Part shown: positions 1 to 11,342 of the stretch, one piece after another
Numbering within the stretch: position 1 is the stretch's first letter
Layout of the letters: every line of letters starts with the position of its first letter
NCBI GenBank assembly: GCA_039621445.1
Contig: CP154954.1
Span: forward strand, 19,888,642-19,952,641
Origin: Euglena gracilis
Lineage: Eukaryota
Length of the DNA: 64,000 nt
Direction: 5' to 3'
Position numbers and translations under genes: made by a program
Notes under the pieces: generated by a model
Seen by the model: only the letters and a program-made list of their open reading frames with translations
The model's database searches: none
What the model was told of the DNA's origin: nothing

Positions 1-34
<34 letters not shown>

Positions 35-53
35 GGGTGGTTGGTTTTGTGTG

Positions 54-88
<35 letters not shown>

Positions 89-243
89 CGTGTGTGTGTG
101 TGCGTGTGTGTGCGTGTGTGTGGGTGGGTGGGTGGGTGGGTGTGGGTGTGTGCGTGCGCGCGTGCGTGTGTGTGTGCGTGGGTGGGTGGGTGGGTGGGTG
201 TGTGTGCGTGCGTGCGTGCGTGCGTGCGTGTGCGTGCGTGTGT
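1..243. repeat. (TG)n/(TGCG)n/(TGGG)n microsatellite tract
   Basis: Directly visible simple repeat; similar tracts at 1290-1350, 2681-3020 and 3887-4060. Confidence 0.95.
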
Positions 244-277
244 TTGATTGGTTGTTGTGATTGATAGGGTTGACAGG

Positions 278-460
278 ATGGAGGGACATTGCTGCAGGGT
301 TCCCTGCTGAGGAGGCTCTGGGCACTGAAGTGCAGGCGTGGTACAACCGGCTGCCGGCAGGGTCTGCCGCCACGGACAACGTGCCGGCTGGCGAAGCGGT
401 TGGCGGCGCCGCAGCCAGTCCACCCGATGCCCAGCGACCGGATGAGGCCCTGTGGACTGA
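278..460 (+). CDS. Possible exon of an upstream gene of unknown function
   Basis: GC-rich, coding-like stretch (WRDIAAGFPAEEALGTEVQAWYNRLP) after ttgacag; no motif recognised; boundaries approximate. Confidence 0.3.
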
Positions 461-510
461 ATCAATCTGCAATCCCCGCCCTTTTCTGGAAGTCGGAGAC
501 TGGTTGCAAC

Positions 511-611
511 CAGGGTTCAGTATAAGGAGGGTTTACAGGGTTCAGGAGGAGGGGGATGCCCCCCATCCCCCCCCCTGACCCTCCCTCCACCTGCCCTTAT
601 ATTGAACCCTG
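511..611. mobile_element. Short MITE of the CAGGGTTCRATATAAGG TIR family
   Basis: cagggttcagtataagg ... ccttatattgaaccctg inverted termini; imperfect flanking repeat ggttgca; same TIR family as 63130-63574. Confidence 0.7.
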
Positions 612-746
612 GGTTGCAGATCAGGAGAGTGAGAACTGTTAGGGACCGGTGCTGAATCTGAACTCCGGCGTTATTTTTCTCCAAGATTGCTTTCTCCTTC
701 TTTGTGCAATTTTTTTTAATTTTTTCAACTCAATTTAAAAACGGCC

Positions 747-1288
747 ATGGTCGTGGTTGGGGGCAGAGGTTTTTTAAGTTTTGTGCAGGCAGTGCTTCCG
801 GGCACTGCCTCGCCCCGGCCCTGTTGTCCAGCAGCAACGCCGCCCCGACTGCGCCAGCCCCCACCCAGAAGGTGCCTGCCCGTTTGCCCCGGAGCACGCC
901 TCTCCAGCTCCCCCAGCCCGTCCATTTGCGTCACGGCTGCTCAACACAGACTTGGCAACAGTTTCCTCCAGTACGGTGCTGCTTTCCCCTCCCGGGCAGG
1001 CAGGGGACTCGCGTCCCTCGTTCAGGACCGCCCTGGCAGCCCGGCGTTCCACGCCCCCGTGACCCCGAGGACCTCTGGCTTGGTCCGCAGTTTCCAAAGC
1101 GACGGTCCCTGGACCGTACGAGTTGAGCCCCCACTGCAGTATGATGGGGGCTGGGGGGTTTTGTTTTTTTTGTTTCCTGCAGCTGTTCTTACAACGATCA
1201 TTTTTTCCTGGGGAGGGGAAAGAGTGCCGAATGCCATGTCGGATTCACATTTGAACGCACATGCAATTGCCCATTCCCTGATGCATGG

Positions 1289-1359
<71 letters not shown>

Positions 1360-2722
1360 CGCGCATTCGTGCCAGTGTGTCTCTCTTGGCATGGTTGAAA
1401 GTTCGATTGTGCAGAAATACACACACATACATATACATATAACATGCATGCACATATGTTTATACATTATATACATATATGTATGTGTATAATCGAACCT
1501 TCAACCATGCAATTATATATATATTCAACTCTACATGTAATTCAATTATATATTTTATTGCAGGCGCATTTTTCACACCTCGGGTTGGGTTGGAATTTCC
1601 TTCAGCTGAATAATGGGATGCCCCAGACCCCACGTGACACCGCGCTTGAGAATGCGCTGCGTGTGTTGCGCACTGTCCCGTTCGCTGTTGTCTTGGAGGT
1701 GCGGGACGCTCGCATCCCACGGTCAACACACAGGGAGCTCTGGCACCCCATTTTTAAATCAATTTTGAGCTTGACGAGGGCAGGACCACAAGAGCTGCGC
1801 TCCTGCAATGTGCGGGGGAGTGTATGCTTTGTTTTTGATGGGCCCGAGGCCATGGGCTCAGAAGAGCAAAACCCCCTCTCAATATAAAGCTCCCCCAATA
1901 TACACCCTCCAAATATAAGTCCCCCCCGATATGCAAGCAGATGATGGTGCCATTCAGGAAAAATTGCAGAATTTGGGGTGTATACCACATTTTTTCCCTC
2001 CAGAAATGCTCCTTTCTGGATAAAATTGCACATTTTTGGTGAAAATAGGAGGTGCACAACGAAAATTTGGCATAACGTTGGTATTTGACTGCAGTTGAAG
2101 GCCGCCAATGTTTTTATAGTCCACCCAGAAAGTTTGATTCCCCTCCCCCCCCCAATTATATTGCCCTCCCCAGAGGGTATTGAAATCGGTTCACATGGGG
2201 CTTGTTGATTGCGACCATAAAGCAGGGAGCATCCGAACGGGGGGGGGGGGCATCCAATTGAATCACCCGGACCACGGCTGTACGGAATCCCCAAACCCCT
2301 GTGGATGGTGGGTGGCCTTTCCGCCTTTCCGGGGGTGCCAATTTTTAGCCCAGAATTTTCCTTCGGCGCCACCGGGCAGTGCAGTGCTGTGATGGGGGGT
2401 CGCCCCCCCCCCCACCTCCCGGCTGGGGAGGTCGACCGCCCTCCCGCCCGGCCTTCCAGTGCCGCCCTGCCCCCCCCCACCCATTTCTTTCAGTCGTGTG
2501 GCAGTGGGGGGGGGGGGCTGCTGGCCCCGGCCTGTCCCCCTGCGGCCGGCCCACCCGCTGATCGGCAAGGTGGCCCGCCAGGCGGCGGTCCACTTCGTGG
2601 TCTTCACCCATGCAGACCTCCTGCCCCCCGCGGAGCTGCAGCGCGTCACCCGCTGGGCACTGCAGGAGGCCCGTGACAAAGTGGTGTGTGTGGTGTGTGT
2701 GTGTGTGTGTGGTGTGTGTGTG

Positions 2723-2818
<96 letters not shown>

Positions 2819-5800
2819 TGTGTTTTTTTTTTTTTTTTGTTTTTTTTTTGTTTTTGTTTGTGTTTTTTTTTTTTTTTTTTTGTGTTTGTTTTTGTTTTTT
2901 TTTTTTTTTTTTTTTGTGTTTTTGTTTTTTTTTTTTTTGTTTGTGTGTGTGTGTGTGTGTGTGTGTGGATGTGTGTGTGCGCGCGCACGCGTGGGTTGGT
3001 GGGTGGGTGGGTGGGTGGGTGGGTGGCCCATTTTCCCCCGCAGCTTGTGTTTGAATTTGTGCATCTGCACCTGAGCAGCCTGTTTTTTTTTAAGAAAAAA
3101 AGGCACAGAGGGTACGTTTCTGATGTTATTCAAGCCTCCAGCCAACATTCCAATTTTTTGTGTTTCATCTGATCATGCTTGTTGTATTGTTATCTCAAGT
3201 TGAATTTAAATATCCGACCAATTTTGATACTTTTCTGTTGGCCTGTCAAGACAGAGGGGATGATCCTGATTTTTCTGTGTTTAAAACTCTGGTCTTGCTG
3301 TGATAGTTATCTGAGCTGAGATTTGCAAATCTACTTTTCTTCCACTGGGGTTTTCTGTTATCAGCCTGTTGTTGCATTAATTTTTCTTATTCTCTCTCGA
3401 ATCACTGGGCAAGCCATCGCTTGCTTGTGCAATCCTAGGACCCACGTCCACCCGGGTATGAAGAGGATATCAAATGTAATGTACGGAATGCGAATAGAGC
3501 ATGAGGAGTCATGTTCACCGTTGTAAGACAAAAGGACGAAAGCGGCAGATGTACTGTGGTGGGGAAGGTCTGGGGAATGGAAATGCAGGCCCGGGTACTG
3601 GGGAGCAGCGCTGCAGCAACCAAACCGCATAAATCCACCTGATACAACAGAAACAAAGTGTGCCGGATCATAATTATGTCGCCAGACTCCCAAACAGCAG
3701 ATCACACAAGAGTGAAATGGAGGACCCATATGATATGATATAATAGATTTGGAAGATTGAAATAGACAAAAAAGGGGGAGATGGAACAATGCATGAGAAT
3801 CAATGGCAACTGATGGAAAATTTTGTGTGGAAAGCCTGATAAATTTGACAATGTAACTTTGCGGGTGGAGCCCTGTGGTGAATAAATGAGTGGGTGTGGG
3901 TTGTGGGGGTGGTGGGTGTGGGTGTGGGTGTGGGTGTGTGTGTGGGTGTGTGAGTGGGTGTGTGGGTGCGTGTGGGTGTGGGTGTGGGTGTGTGAGTGGG
4001 TGTGTGGGTGGGTGGCTGGGTATGGGTGCATGTGCGGGTGGGTGGGTGGGTGGGTGGGTGTCTCTGCACCAGCCCCGGAACATGCCACCAGTGGGTTGCC
4101 CCCCCCCTCCGTCCCCCTTCAGCGGCAGCACGCCACCTCCGTGTGGTTCGTCAACACAAAGGACGCCCTCACCCTGCCTCAGCGGGAGACGCAGCGCGCC
4201 TTCGGCCGCCTGTACGAGGCGCTGGTGGAGGCATGCCGGCCGGGCCCCCATCGCTGCGATGGAACCGAAGCCGTTCACGGCGGCAACCTTTACCTGGCAG
4301 TCCACTGCTTTGTGGTGATCCCCCATGGGCGGACTGTTTGGTTTGGTGTTGGCTTTTCGGGCTGGCTGGTTTTTTTTTTGGAGTGACTGATTTGGTTCCG
4401 GACCCCCCCCCCAAGAGGGTCGGCAAGGAGTGGCAGAAGGTGATACACCAGGTGTTGAAGGCGCCAGAGGTGTTTTTTTGGGGGGGATGGTCAAATCAAT
4501 TAATTTTAGGATGGATTGGCTGCCCCCCCCCCAAGTAGGGAGGTCGGATGTGAGTGAGTGGTTTTCAAGTGAAGGGACTTTTCCTCTGGGTCGGTGAGTA
4601 GGTGAGGGCCCTGTGCCGATCGCCTCTTCAGTCATTTCGGGTTGGGACAGCGAGTTTTCCAGAAAACACGTTGGAAGAAATCAAGCCAATCATCGCCAAT
4701 AGATGTATAAAAAAATTGATGTCTGAGCAGAGAGGGAAAGGAGGAACCATCAGAGAGGGGGGGGTGCACGCGGCGAGGGGAGGGTAAGGGCCTTGGAGAA
4801 GTGACACCTGGTGCCCACTGTGTCGAGACAGGAGGAAGTGGTCCCGTGGTCCCAATTGAATTGCCAACCATCTCTCTTAAAAAAATGACCAAAACTTGCA
4901 CCAAATGCGCCATAAAAAAGGAGGATTTTTTTTGAGGGGCTAAAAAGGCCATTGTTTGGCCTCAATTTTTTCATCTGTCTTGGGGAGGGGTCATTAGGGG
5001 GGAGGCCTTTAAAAATTGTCATCTGCACAGGGGGGAGGGGTGGTCCCCAAAGAAACACCAACTGTACTACCAACGCTCCCCTGGGCATACTGTGTCAACT
5101 CCCCTGAGAAGCTGTGTCAAAAAATAAGAAATAAAATAAAATACAAAGAAAATTGAAGGAAAAAACATCGAACCATCAAAGAATTAAGAGAAATTATCAA
5201 AATGGTGACGACCTGCTTTCAGAAAGCAACTTTGTGGTGGGGCTCAGAGGTCCCGGAAAATAAAAACAGCCCATTTGGGGCATTTTTTGACCCACGACCA
5301 GACAGGTGGGAGGGGGGGCTGCCCGGTCAGACATTCCAGGGCGCTCCCCCCCCCACCTCCCCCCCCCCGGGTTGGTCAAATTCAGCCGGATGGGGGCCCC
5401 GGAGCGGCGCACGGCGACCGGGATGGTGCTGGTGGCCGGCACGCCCAACGTCGGGAAGAGCAGTCTCGTGGCGATGCTGACGAAGGAGCTGACCGCCAAG
5501 CGGCGCAAGAAGGTCCGCCGGGCCCTCTCTCGGTTGGGGGGGGGGGCGGCCTCGACTGCCCCCCCCAGAGCTGTTTGGGAATCCCCGAAACCCTATGGGT
5601 GGCGGGTGGTGGGTGGTGAGGGAGTCAACCCCCCCCCACCAGGCCCCACCAGGCCGCATCGCCCTGCCCGCCCCAACCGAACGGCCGCCAGGGGTGGGGT
5701 GGAGGCGGCAGAGCGGACGACTGCACTCAACCCCGTGCACGTTTGGCACTCAAACCGGGTGTTGTGGAGCCAAGTATTCCGCCGACACGGGATATTTGGC

Positions 5801-8800
5801 TCCACAGAAACCCGAGTTTGGGGCTGTGGGCTAAGTGTCAATGGAATTTCACCGGAATTGAAAAGTGGTCATTCACTGACGGAATATATGTTGACTTAAA
5901 AGAAGAATGAAGGAGCTGTGCAGCTTCCCACTGTATGTTCTTTTTTTGTTCTCTGGCTTTTCAAGCTTGTGCTTTGACAATCACATTTTGCAATTTCTGT
6001 GTGTACGGTGAATTTTAGATTTTCGCCCATTTTGCATGTGTTAAATTTGGCATTTGTGAGACAGTTTTTTTGCTCGTTGTCAAAAATCGCCTTTTACTTT
6101 TGACCCTTCCGCAGGAAGGCTTTTTTTCGGTTCAATTTTTCAGCAAAATAATAATGGAGACCCCAAAATATGACCCTTGGGATTTTAGCAACTTACCCCA
6201 AAAGGATATTTGGGTCTTATTTATTTAGGGGGACTGCGTGACACATGCTATTTTCCCATTTCCCAATCACGTTAGAACACAGAAGATCCCGAACATTTCG
6301 GGGCATGCCCGCAGTCATTGGCCTTCCATGCCAGCCTCCGCCCCCGCCTTCAATCGGCCCGCCCCTGCGCAGGGGAAGCACCACGTGCCGCGGATCGTCA
6401 ACGCAGCAGGCACCACCCAGGGCAACACGAAGCACTGCTTCATGGAGGACCCACTGCTGTACATGGTGGACACCCCCGGCCAGGACGGCGGGGGGGGAGG
6501 GGGGCGGGTTGGGGGCCAGGCAGGTATTAGGTGAGCGTTGGCTTTGTACAAGGGGCGGGGGGGTCCAACCGCCCCCCCAGGGGGGGGGTGCGGACCATCC
6601 CTCTCTCCAGCAGGCCGGGGGGGGGGGGGGGCTGGGGAACCCCATAGAACCAAAATATCTTTTTCTCAGCGTTTTGCACCCCAAAACTTGTGTTTTTTAT
6701 CACCCAATCTCCCCCGCCCTGCAGCCGGCCTCATGCTGCCACAGGAGGTGTTCCACACCAATGCGGAGCTGTACTTTATGTTGCGGATGATGAACAACTG
6801 CTCGGAGTTCCCCGGGCACGACCCTTATGTATGGCGCTGCCTGCGATGGCTCCTGAACTGGTCAGCTTGAGCATCAGGGCCAAGGTTTTTTTCAGCCTTT
6901 TCGCCTTTGACTCTTTAGAGAGGACCCCAACCATACCGATGGTTCCTACCTGTTCCTCCGACCTGTTCCTGATTCCTGATTTTATTAATTTTTCACTCTC
7001 GAAAAAAGATGTCTATTTTGTTGCCTGGTGAATTTTTTTATGAAAAAAAACTCAACGATGTTTTACAAAGAGTTCAATCTCAATTGGACTCAAGAGTTTT
7101 CTTTGGCTACAGTATTTTAAACTCCATTTCCAGAATGTTGGGCTAAAATGTGACATCTCAAAACAGCATGTTCTGAACAGATTAACCGTTTGATCTCTGG
7201 AACCCTTAAAATGGGAATTCGACTTGGAAATTCATTTCGTGCATTTTTTTTTGCTTTTCTGCGGCTTCGTGCCAAGGATTGGGATGGCAGAGTGGACCTG
7301 CAACGGCCCCCAAAACAGGCCCCTCGAACCCCCACTCCCAGATCAGTGGATACCGCCAAACCGGAGGTTCTCATGTCCAGCCGGGGTAACGTTTGCACCG
7401 CAGAACGCGCCTTCTTTCAACGCTCGACCTAATCATTCCCCTTATTAACTGGTCCATCCAGCCAGCCGTTTTTTTTCTTTAGAACAATCTCCCGTCCGCC
7501 GCGCCTCCGCCACGCCGGCACACGCACGTCACAGGTGTTCTGCGAGTACCTCATCTGGAAGTGCCGCCGCCTCCGCTTCACGTCTTGGCTGGCCGACCTC
7601 CGCCTGCCGGACACCGCCACGGACGTCAACCTCATCCTGGACCGTATGGACCCGGACCCCGTCCCCGAGAGGCGGCCAGGGCTGCGGCTGGAACTGGGCA
7701 GCAAAGGGTTGGTTGCCATGGTGGGGTGGTGGAACCACAATGTGAGTTAAGAATCTGCACCACACAATGTAGGACATCCGACACACAACCTGATGCCCAT
7801 CATGACCGCCGGGGTTGTAGGGTTCTGTTTAATACTCCCTGGGGCTGTTAAATGTTTGCAAAAAAATGTTTTTCATTCTTGAAATAAAACATATAATTAA
7901 AATAGGAGTATAACATGGATAACAGGATATAACGAGGCCTTGTCGAAAATTTTGAGCTTTTTCAAAAAAATAAAAAGGATGGTTTGTGTGAGCCATGTGC
8001 ACCTATTTTTTGGCGTGAGATATGAAATTAGTGTGTTTGCCCTGCTGTTTCAATTTCATTCCCTCTGGAGCTTCTAAATTCCAAATTCTAAATTAAGTTT
8101 CAGTGATTAGAGGGGGATAAGTAGGGGGAGGTGAAGATTGGATGGGAAAGTTTGCTATGAAAAAGTTCTGCACAAAATATCTGCCAGATTTCTTGCCATG
8201 TTAAGGATCCGTCCAGGATTTTCCCGCAACTTTTGCAACAAAGAAAAAAGCACACTTCGTGCCAACTTTTGATATCTGGAACTCCAATCTGCTTATTCAC
8301 AAGTCTCTTGGTTTTTATTTGCGAAAAGGCAATTATTTTGTATTACTTTGTTTCGCCTGTAAAACTTAGGTTTCCTTTTGAATTTTTGGAGAGAATAACT
8401 TGTGCACCCATGTTTAAAGGATTTCCATGAGGATTCAAAGGATATTTTCCTGGATGAAGATTCACTAAGTTGCAAAACTTGTCAAGGTCATTTTTATATT
8501 TGGTACTTTCTCAGACGCATGGGTTAACTTGTTTCTTTCTCTTGGTATTTGCGCTAAAAAAAAATGAGACTCCTGACACGGCACCCAGTTCAATGCAATG
8601 AAACATAGCAAACAGCAGACCACAGTTTACATTTTTGATGAACATTTTGAGGAACAACGATGAACAAAAATGCGCGAAGCATCAGAGAATTGGTGCCTGT
8701 AAGTGGCATGAGATCGGCATGCGCAAACAATAAAACAACCCATACCTTTACAAGTTGACCATCCAGTGGAGGTATGTGGCCAGACTGGAGGCATCGCTGC

Positions 8801-10124
8801 CGCTGCCCCTTCAAAAGGGGGGAGAGCGGGAACGAAGGGACTGTGCGTCGCTCAGCCCAGCCCTGGGACGGAGCCAATACCGCCCGCCGCTTCCATGAAA
8901 TGCTGCTGGGGAAGGGCCTGGCCGGGCTCGTGTGCGACGACCTGCCTGCCCTGCCCGCCGAGGCCAGCTCCGCCCTGGCGCCGTATGAAGGGATACTCAT
9001 GTGCAAAGTGCAACTGCACGCAGACGTTTGTTTTGCCATGCAATGCATGCGTGTGAATGTAAGCAGGAGAGTTGGGTGAGCACAGATGTCCAAAGTCGTC
9101 TGTGCTCACCCAACTCACCTTCCCGCACGCACATGCACGCAAAGGCATGCACACACACACACACACATCACATCACATCACATCACATCACATCACATCA
9201 CATCACATCACATCACATCAAGCAGGCAGACGCCTGAATGTATCCATATGCAGTCCAATTGCATCATACATTTTGAAACCTACTGCACGCAGCACGAAAA
9301 TCACCGCTGGAGAGATTACTGGCAGTGGCTGAAAACTCCCCCCCCCCCCTAGGGCCGCATTTTTCGGACCATTTCAGGGGGGGGGGATTTTCGGACCCCT
9401 GGGAGCTCAAGCCCCGCCCGTGTCACAGAGAACCATGGAATCTGAACCTAAGATGGACATAGCACCTGTTGGTGCACGAAACTCAAATATGGCTGTTTGT
9501 TGAAGACCATTTTGCATTGGACTACAACATTTGTTTCATGATGGTTCACAAGGACAAAAAATCGCTACCACGGCATGTATAAAAAAAAGAATTCCTTCCA
9601 AAAAGCCCTTGCCTTGCGCCTTTGTTGACTTTTTTGGAGGGGGGACCGGGCTTTTTCAAGGGGGGGGAAATTTTCGGACCCCTGGAAGCATAAGGTAGAA
9701 CCGCCAAAATCTGGCCGATTTGAGGGGGGGGAATTTTCGGGGGGGGGGGGTTTCAGCCACTGCCAGTAATTGTCATCCTGATCATGCTGGGTAAATTGTC
9801 AATCGTTTTTTATATAAAAACCAAAACGGCTTTCGTTAATTGTCTTTCCATTAAAATAGCCGCGCTTCTATTGGGACGGGGGGGGTTCGCCCTCAGAATG
9901 ATCACACACATGGATCACGGGGGGTGGGGGGTGGCGGCTGGTCGGGGGGCATTCGCCGCCCTTCCCCCGGCTTCACCGCCGGCCCCAGCCCCGCCGCCCC
10001 GCTGCCCGTCTTCCCCGACCGGCTCGTCCTCGCCACCGACTACGAGCCGGGCCACTTCCGCGCCATCCAGCCCGTGGACCTGCCGCAGCCCACCGGGAAG
10101 GTGCCGAAGAAGCTGCAGCGCTGA
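747..10124 (+). CDS. RbgA/YlqF/MTG1-family circularly permuted ribosome-biogenesis GTPase, 10 exons: 747-1115, 1627-1727, 2548-2668, 4123-4237, 5406-5512, 6373-6477, 6727-6828, 7535-7673, 8871-8982, 9989-10124 (1407 nt, 468 aa)
   Basis: Spliced frame has EVRDARIP, a G4-position THAD, G1 GTPNVGKSS, G2 GTT, G3 DTPG and a C-terminal ARRF...G.L...CDD, in the permuted G4-G1-G2-G3 order. All nine junctions keep frame. Exon 1 and the exon 2 acceptor (1627 vs 1606) are least certain. The R/S/P-rich N-terminus may be a mitochondrial presequence (inference). Confidence 0.85.
1627..1727 (+). CDS. GTPase exon 2 (RDTALENALRVLRTVPFAVVLEVRDARIPRS)
   Basis: EVRDARIP motif typical of YlqF/MTG1. Confidence 0.85.
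1728..2547 (+). other. Nonconventional (euglenid-type) intron 2
   Basis: ACA-CAGGG ... CCCTG-CGGCC; removal gives in-frame RST-AHPLIGK. Confidence 0.8.
2548..2668 (+). CDS. GTPase exon 3 (AHPLIGKVARQAAVHFVVFTHADLLPPAELQRVTRWALQE)
   Basis: G4-position motif; probable GC donor GAG|GCCCG (alternative GT donor at 2681). Confidence 0.8.
4123..4237 (+). CDS. GTPase exon 4 (RQHATSVWFVNTKDALTLPQRETQRAFGRLYEALVEAC)
   Basis: C-rich tract plus ttcag acceptor; in frame with both neighbours. Confidence 0.75.
4238..5405 (+). other. Nonconventional intron 4
   Basis: 5' GGGCCCCCATC pairs with 3' GATGGGGGCCC in the +5/-7 register; splice gives EACRRTATGMVLVAGTPNVGKS. Confidence 0.75.
5406..5512 (+). CDS. 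GTPase exon 5 with P-loop (GTPNVGKSS)
   Basis: G1 motif; GT donor AAG|GTCCG. Confidence 0.9.
6373..6477 (+). CDS. GTPase exon 6 (GKHHVPRIVNAAGTTQGNTKHCFMEDPLLYMVDTP)
   Basis: G2 and G3 motifs; gcgcag acceptor. Confidence 0.9.
6478..6726 (+). other. Nonconventional intron 6
   Basis: GGC-CAGG ... CCTG-CAGCC; splice gives DTP|GLMLP. Confidence 0.85.
6727..6828 (+). CDS. GTPase exon 7 (GLMLPQEVFHTNAELYFMLRMMNNCSEFPGHDPY)
   Basis: Continues DTPG; GTATG donor. Confidence 0.8.
7535..7673 (+). CDS. GTPase exon 8 (VFCEYLIWKCRRLRFTSWLADLRLPDTATDVNLILDRMDPDPVPER)
   Basis: tcacag acceptor; GC-rich third codon positions. Confidence 0.8.
7674..8870 (+). other. Nonconventional intron 8
   Basis: 5' CCAGGGCTGCGGCTG pairs with 3' CAGCCCAGCCCTGG; splice gives ERRANTARRF in frame. 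Confidence 0.8.
8871..8982 (+). CDS. GTPase exon 9 (ANTARRFHEMLLGKGLAGLVCDDLPALPAEASSALA)
   Basis: Resembles the RbgA/MTG1 C-terminal A..F...R.G.LG...LD motif; GTATG donor. Confidence 0.8.
9319..9766. mobile_element. TA-flanked MITE (Tc1/mariner-type) in GTPase intron 9
   Basis: ta|ctggcagtggctgaaa ... tttcagccactgccag|ta perfect TIR. Confidence 0.8.
9989..10124 (+). CDS. GTPase last exon (PAAPLPVFPDRLVLATDYEPGHFRAIQPVDLPQPTGKVPKKLQR*)
   Basis: ccccag acceptor in the matching phase 2; ends at TGA. Confidence 0.7.
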
Positions 10125-11342
10125 CGGGACTGTGACAGTGCCGCGGTTGTCCGAGGCAACCACACAGTCCGTGGGTCGGTTTGCGTGGTGCACAGTCTGG
10201 GGGGACCCCGGCCTGACTTCGCATCGAAGGTGTCCGAGCTGCTGGGTTATGGAACTCAGGGTTGCAAGAACCACAGGAACCATCCCACTGCTCAGCCTGT
10301 GCCTCGTGGAAGTGACCGGTTGTTGTAGTTTATTCCCAACGTGGTAGGGAAGTAAGAGTCGATTCCTGAAATAGCCAAGGTGATGCACCTCAGGAACTAA
10401 TGGCTGATGAGGCTTCACAATGAAGAAGAAAGTGAATCCTCCCCCCAAAACAGTCAGGGCATAGATTTGCCATTTTGCTTGAGTGAGCAGAAGACGACAT
10501 ATGTGTATTTTCATTCCTAGGTCGGTTGACAAATCGTTTTCTGAGGAGCTGGATTCAGGAGAGAGCTTGGATGTCAGGTGTATGTGGTTGTATGATGGGC
10601 AATGCTATTTTGGTCTTGGACATCTGTTGCTGTCCGTGTTTTTGGGGGGGAGAAGAGGAATGGTGTTAGGCTCACGGGTTTAAGCCAAGTTTTCAAGACA
10701 TCCACCCATCCATAATCAAAACCTCAATGTCACACTTTGCCTGTGTACCATGCATCATTGAATAGCCGAGAAACCTTTTGCTGGAGCACACCACTCCGAC
10801 CCCATCCAGGGGTTTTCTGAAGCCGGCGGGGACCCTGCTGCCCGGGGGGGGGGGGTCCAGCCAGCCAGCACCTTTTTCCAGTCAGCACCTCCCAGTTGGG
10901 CTGCGGACCCCCCCCAGGGGTCCGCGAAATAAGTTCAGGCCAGCCCCGCAAAGCTGGCCTGGACCAAAAAGTTTTCGGCGCATTGCGCCAAAAAAAATTG
11001 GGAAAAGCGGGTCAAAAATGGCCAAAATGGTGATTTTTTGGGGTATTTTTCCGCCCAAATTTGGCTGAAAAACTCCAACCCAGCTGGATTTGGGCTTTTT
11101 TTTTGCTTTTGGGGCATTTTTTTTGGGTAGCCACAGGGTCCAGCTGCCAGCCGGGTTCGAACCACCCCTTCCTGGGCCCCCATCCCCAGGGAAGGGTCCA
11201 GCCAACACCTTTTTCCAGCCGGCCCACGGGATATCCCCCGGTCCTCAAGAAAACCCCAACCCCATCAAACCCAACCCACCAACCCGGCCAGAATCCCCCC
11301 ACCCACCCATCTCCTTCCGCAGTTCCCGCCTCTCCTTGCCCA

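Noticed and set aside
2-4100. ORFs rich in CV/HT or F/K runs
   Set aside because: They are translations of (TG)n and poly-T microsatellites.
8962-9946. Alternative nonconventional version of intron 9 (GGC-CAGCTCCGCC ... GGCGGCTG-GTCGG)
   Set aside because: Out of frame by 1 nt under the 3+5 rule, whereas GT-AG 8983-9988 is in frame; not fully excluded because of the G run.
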